From NCBI GenBank assembly GCA_964016885.1, contig OZ024744.1:29450001-29514000 (forward strand): a DNA stretch of 64,000 nucleotides. The letters run 5' to 3'. The notes beneath the pieces are model-generated. The model saw only the letters and a program-made list of their open reading frames with translations. It searched no databases and had not been told where the DNA came from. A program made the position numbers and the translations under genes. The DNA comes from Eledone cirrhosa (lineage: Eukaryota). Shown here one piece after another: positions 62,440-64,000 of this stretch (positions within the stretch are counted from its first letter, which is position 1; each line of letters opens with the position of its first letter).

Positions 62440-62449
<10 letters not shown>
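62041..62449. repeat. Long quasi-palindrome: 201-bp arms, 7-nt loop
   Basis: 62041-62241 / 62249-62449; four mismatches seen, no indels. Confidence 0.95.
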
Positions 62450-62524
<75 letters not shown>

Positions 62525-62564
62525 GAAAATAGAGAAATTAATATAAGCAAAAAGCCAACAACAA

Positions 62565-63718
62565 TCTATACACTCCGCAGCGCTCCGTGATACACCCAGA
62601 CATCTCTCCTCGCTGACCTCGATACTTGTATCCGAGCAGCAGCCGAGGGGATATGCAACGTCAAGTTTGACGACATAGGGTGGTAACAGGCCACTGTACC
62701 AGTCAGGTATGGCGGCCTTGGCCTCCGGTCCCCGATCTCACTAGCTTTGCCGGCGTATCTTTCGTCGGTAAACTCGTGCCGCGTCCTCGTCAGCAGGATT
62801 CTTCAAAATAACAGAACCCCCTGTGTTCAGAGAACTTGAGGCCGCCTGTGAGACGTGGGACCGGCGGGGACTTAGCCCAGTAGACGTCCCTTCTCCTTCT
62901 CCCTCTTTTGACGTCAACTCCCCCCAACACCGCCTTGCTTCTTTTCGTGCGGCCTCCAAACCCCACAGTGGTGCCTGGCTCCATGCCCTGCCCTCCTTCT
63001 CCACTGGCACGCAGCTAGACAACCATAGCCTGCGAATCGGCGTTTCCCTGAGGCTCTGCCTCCGGATCTGCCAGCCACACCAATGTCGCTGCGGTTCCAC
63101 CGTGGGCTCTTTCGGCCTCCACCCGCTTTCCTGTCGCCACAGTGCCGGCCGCATTCCACGCCTTGCTGCCCTCAACGAGGTCATTAAGCATGGCGTGGAC
63201 GCTGCAGGCTTCCCTTCCCAGCTCGAGCCGGTGGGGGTTGATCGATGGGACGGAAAAAGGCCAGATGGCATGACCATCTTCCCGTTCCGCGGTGGCAAAC
63301 CCCTTGTATGGGATGCCACTTGCACCGACACTTTCTGCAGCCGCAACCTGGTGCAGTCTGCGACTGACCCAGGTTCTGCTGCACGTCGGGCTGAGGGGGA
63401 CAAATTCCTCAAATACCGGTCGCTCTCCGACAGGTTTGCGGTTGTACTCCTGGCAGTGGAGACTTCTGGTGTCTTCGGCCCCAGGGCTACCTCCTTACTC
63501 ACCACCAAAGGCGCTGAGCTGGCTAGCCGTAGGTGTGAGCCCCGCGAGTTGGAGTGGCTCTTTCAGCGCGTCTCCCTTGCCGTCCTCCGGAGAAACGCCT
63601 TCTCCATTCTGTCCGTCGGGGCTGTGGGTAGGGCCCATCACGTACCAGTACATTAGTTAAATACCATTCTTTCATCTGATACAACACAATAAAGACTAAA
63701 GTGTTTTAAAAAAAAAAA
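62565..63718 (+). mobile_element. 5'-truncated CRE-like non-LTR retrotransposon (RT thumb, zinc knuckle, restriction-like endonuclease) with poly(A) tail
   Basis: YTLRSAP*..W*QATVPVRYGGLGLRS..LALPAYLSS, then SGAWLHALP..CRCG..HPLSC..EP..DGKRPDG..WDATC..VETSG; AATAAA at ~63688 and an A-run at 63708-63718. Confidence 0.9.
62823..63656 (+). pseudogene. CRE-type zinc knuckle and restriction-like endonuclease open segment
   Basis: 277-aa ORF with CxC..HxxxC and PD..D motifs; the upstream frame has stops, and the usual RH motif reads RL. Confidence 0.85.
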
Positions 63719-63929
63719 TTCAGACATTTAAGTGACTATAACATCAAGATGAAAAATTTTTAACGTAAGATTTGGGATAAGTAATTCAATCTTATAATCA
63801 AGAAAAAATAGTTAACCGTCAATTTGGGGAAAACTACAAATACACTATATAGTCTTAAAAGTCTATTTCACGAAACTTTTCAGTGGGTTAATCACGGTTG
63901 AGATCGATCTCATATATATATATATATAT

Positions 63930-64000
63930 AAATATAAGTATGTACACGTACATACATATATGTATACAGACGTACAGTAGTATGTACATATATATATACA
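63930..64000 (-). mobile_element. Another family A fragment, running off the window
   Basis: Nearly identical to 60569-60640. Confidence 0.7.

Noticed and set aside
62741-63508. 255-aa minus-strand ORF
   Set aside because: Antisense shadow of the GC-rich CRE coding region with no motifs of its own.

Overview
Eukaryotic, gene-free, repeat-saturated DNA. The tRNA-headed SINE resembles those I know from Octopus, so a coleoid cephalopod origin is likely (inference). Bases 1-29.8 kb are a degenerate CACCA/CACTA pentamer satellite; the His/Thr ORFs there are artefacts. It is followed by a (CAC/CAT)n tract and a 16-bp CATAGATATATCCTGT minisatellite ending at ~37.5 kb. The remaining ~26 kb is a nest of mobile elements separated by (TA)n tracts: a near-complete but disabled Naiad-type Penelope-like retroelement (PLE) with direct ~410-bp pLTRs, a second Naiad fragment inside a 1.6-kb-arm foldback, a third PLE with a 5' inversion, a CRE-type non-LTR 3' fragment, RTE and CR1-like scraps, Helitron-like elements, MITE-like hairpins and about 9 SINE copies. 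The main hidden signal is a set of minimal type I hammerhead ribozyme motifs: seven near-complete copies in three families plus two degenerate ones, one of which may be a fourth family. Two of them lie in tandem 1,116 nt apart and bracket a minisatellite block, a retrozyme-like arrangement. No host gene, CRISPR array, rRNA or true tRNA is supported. All calls were made by eye, without database searches.
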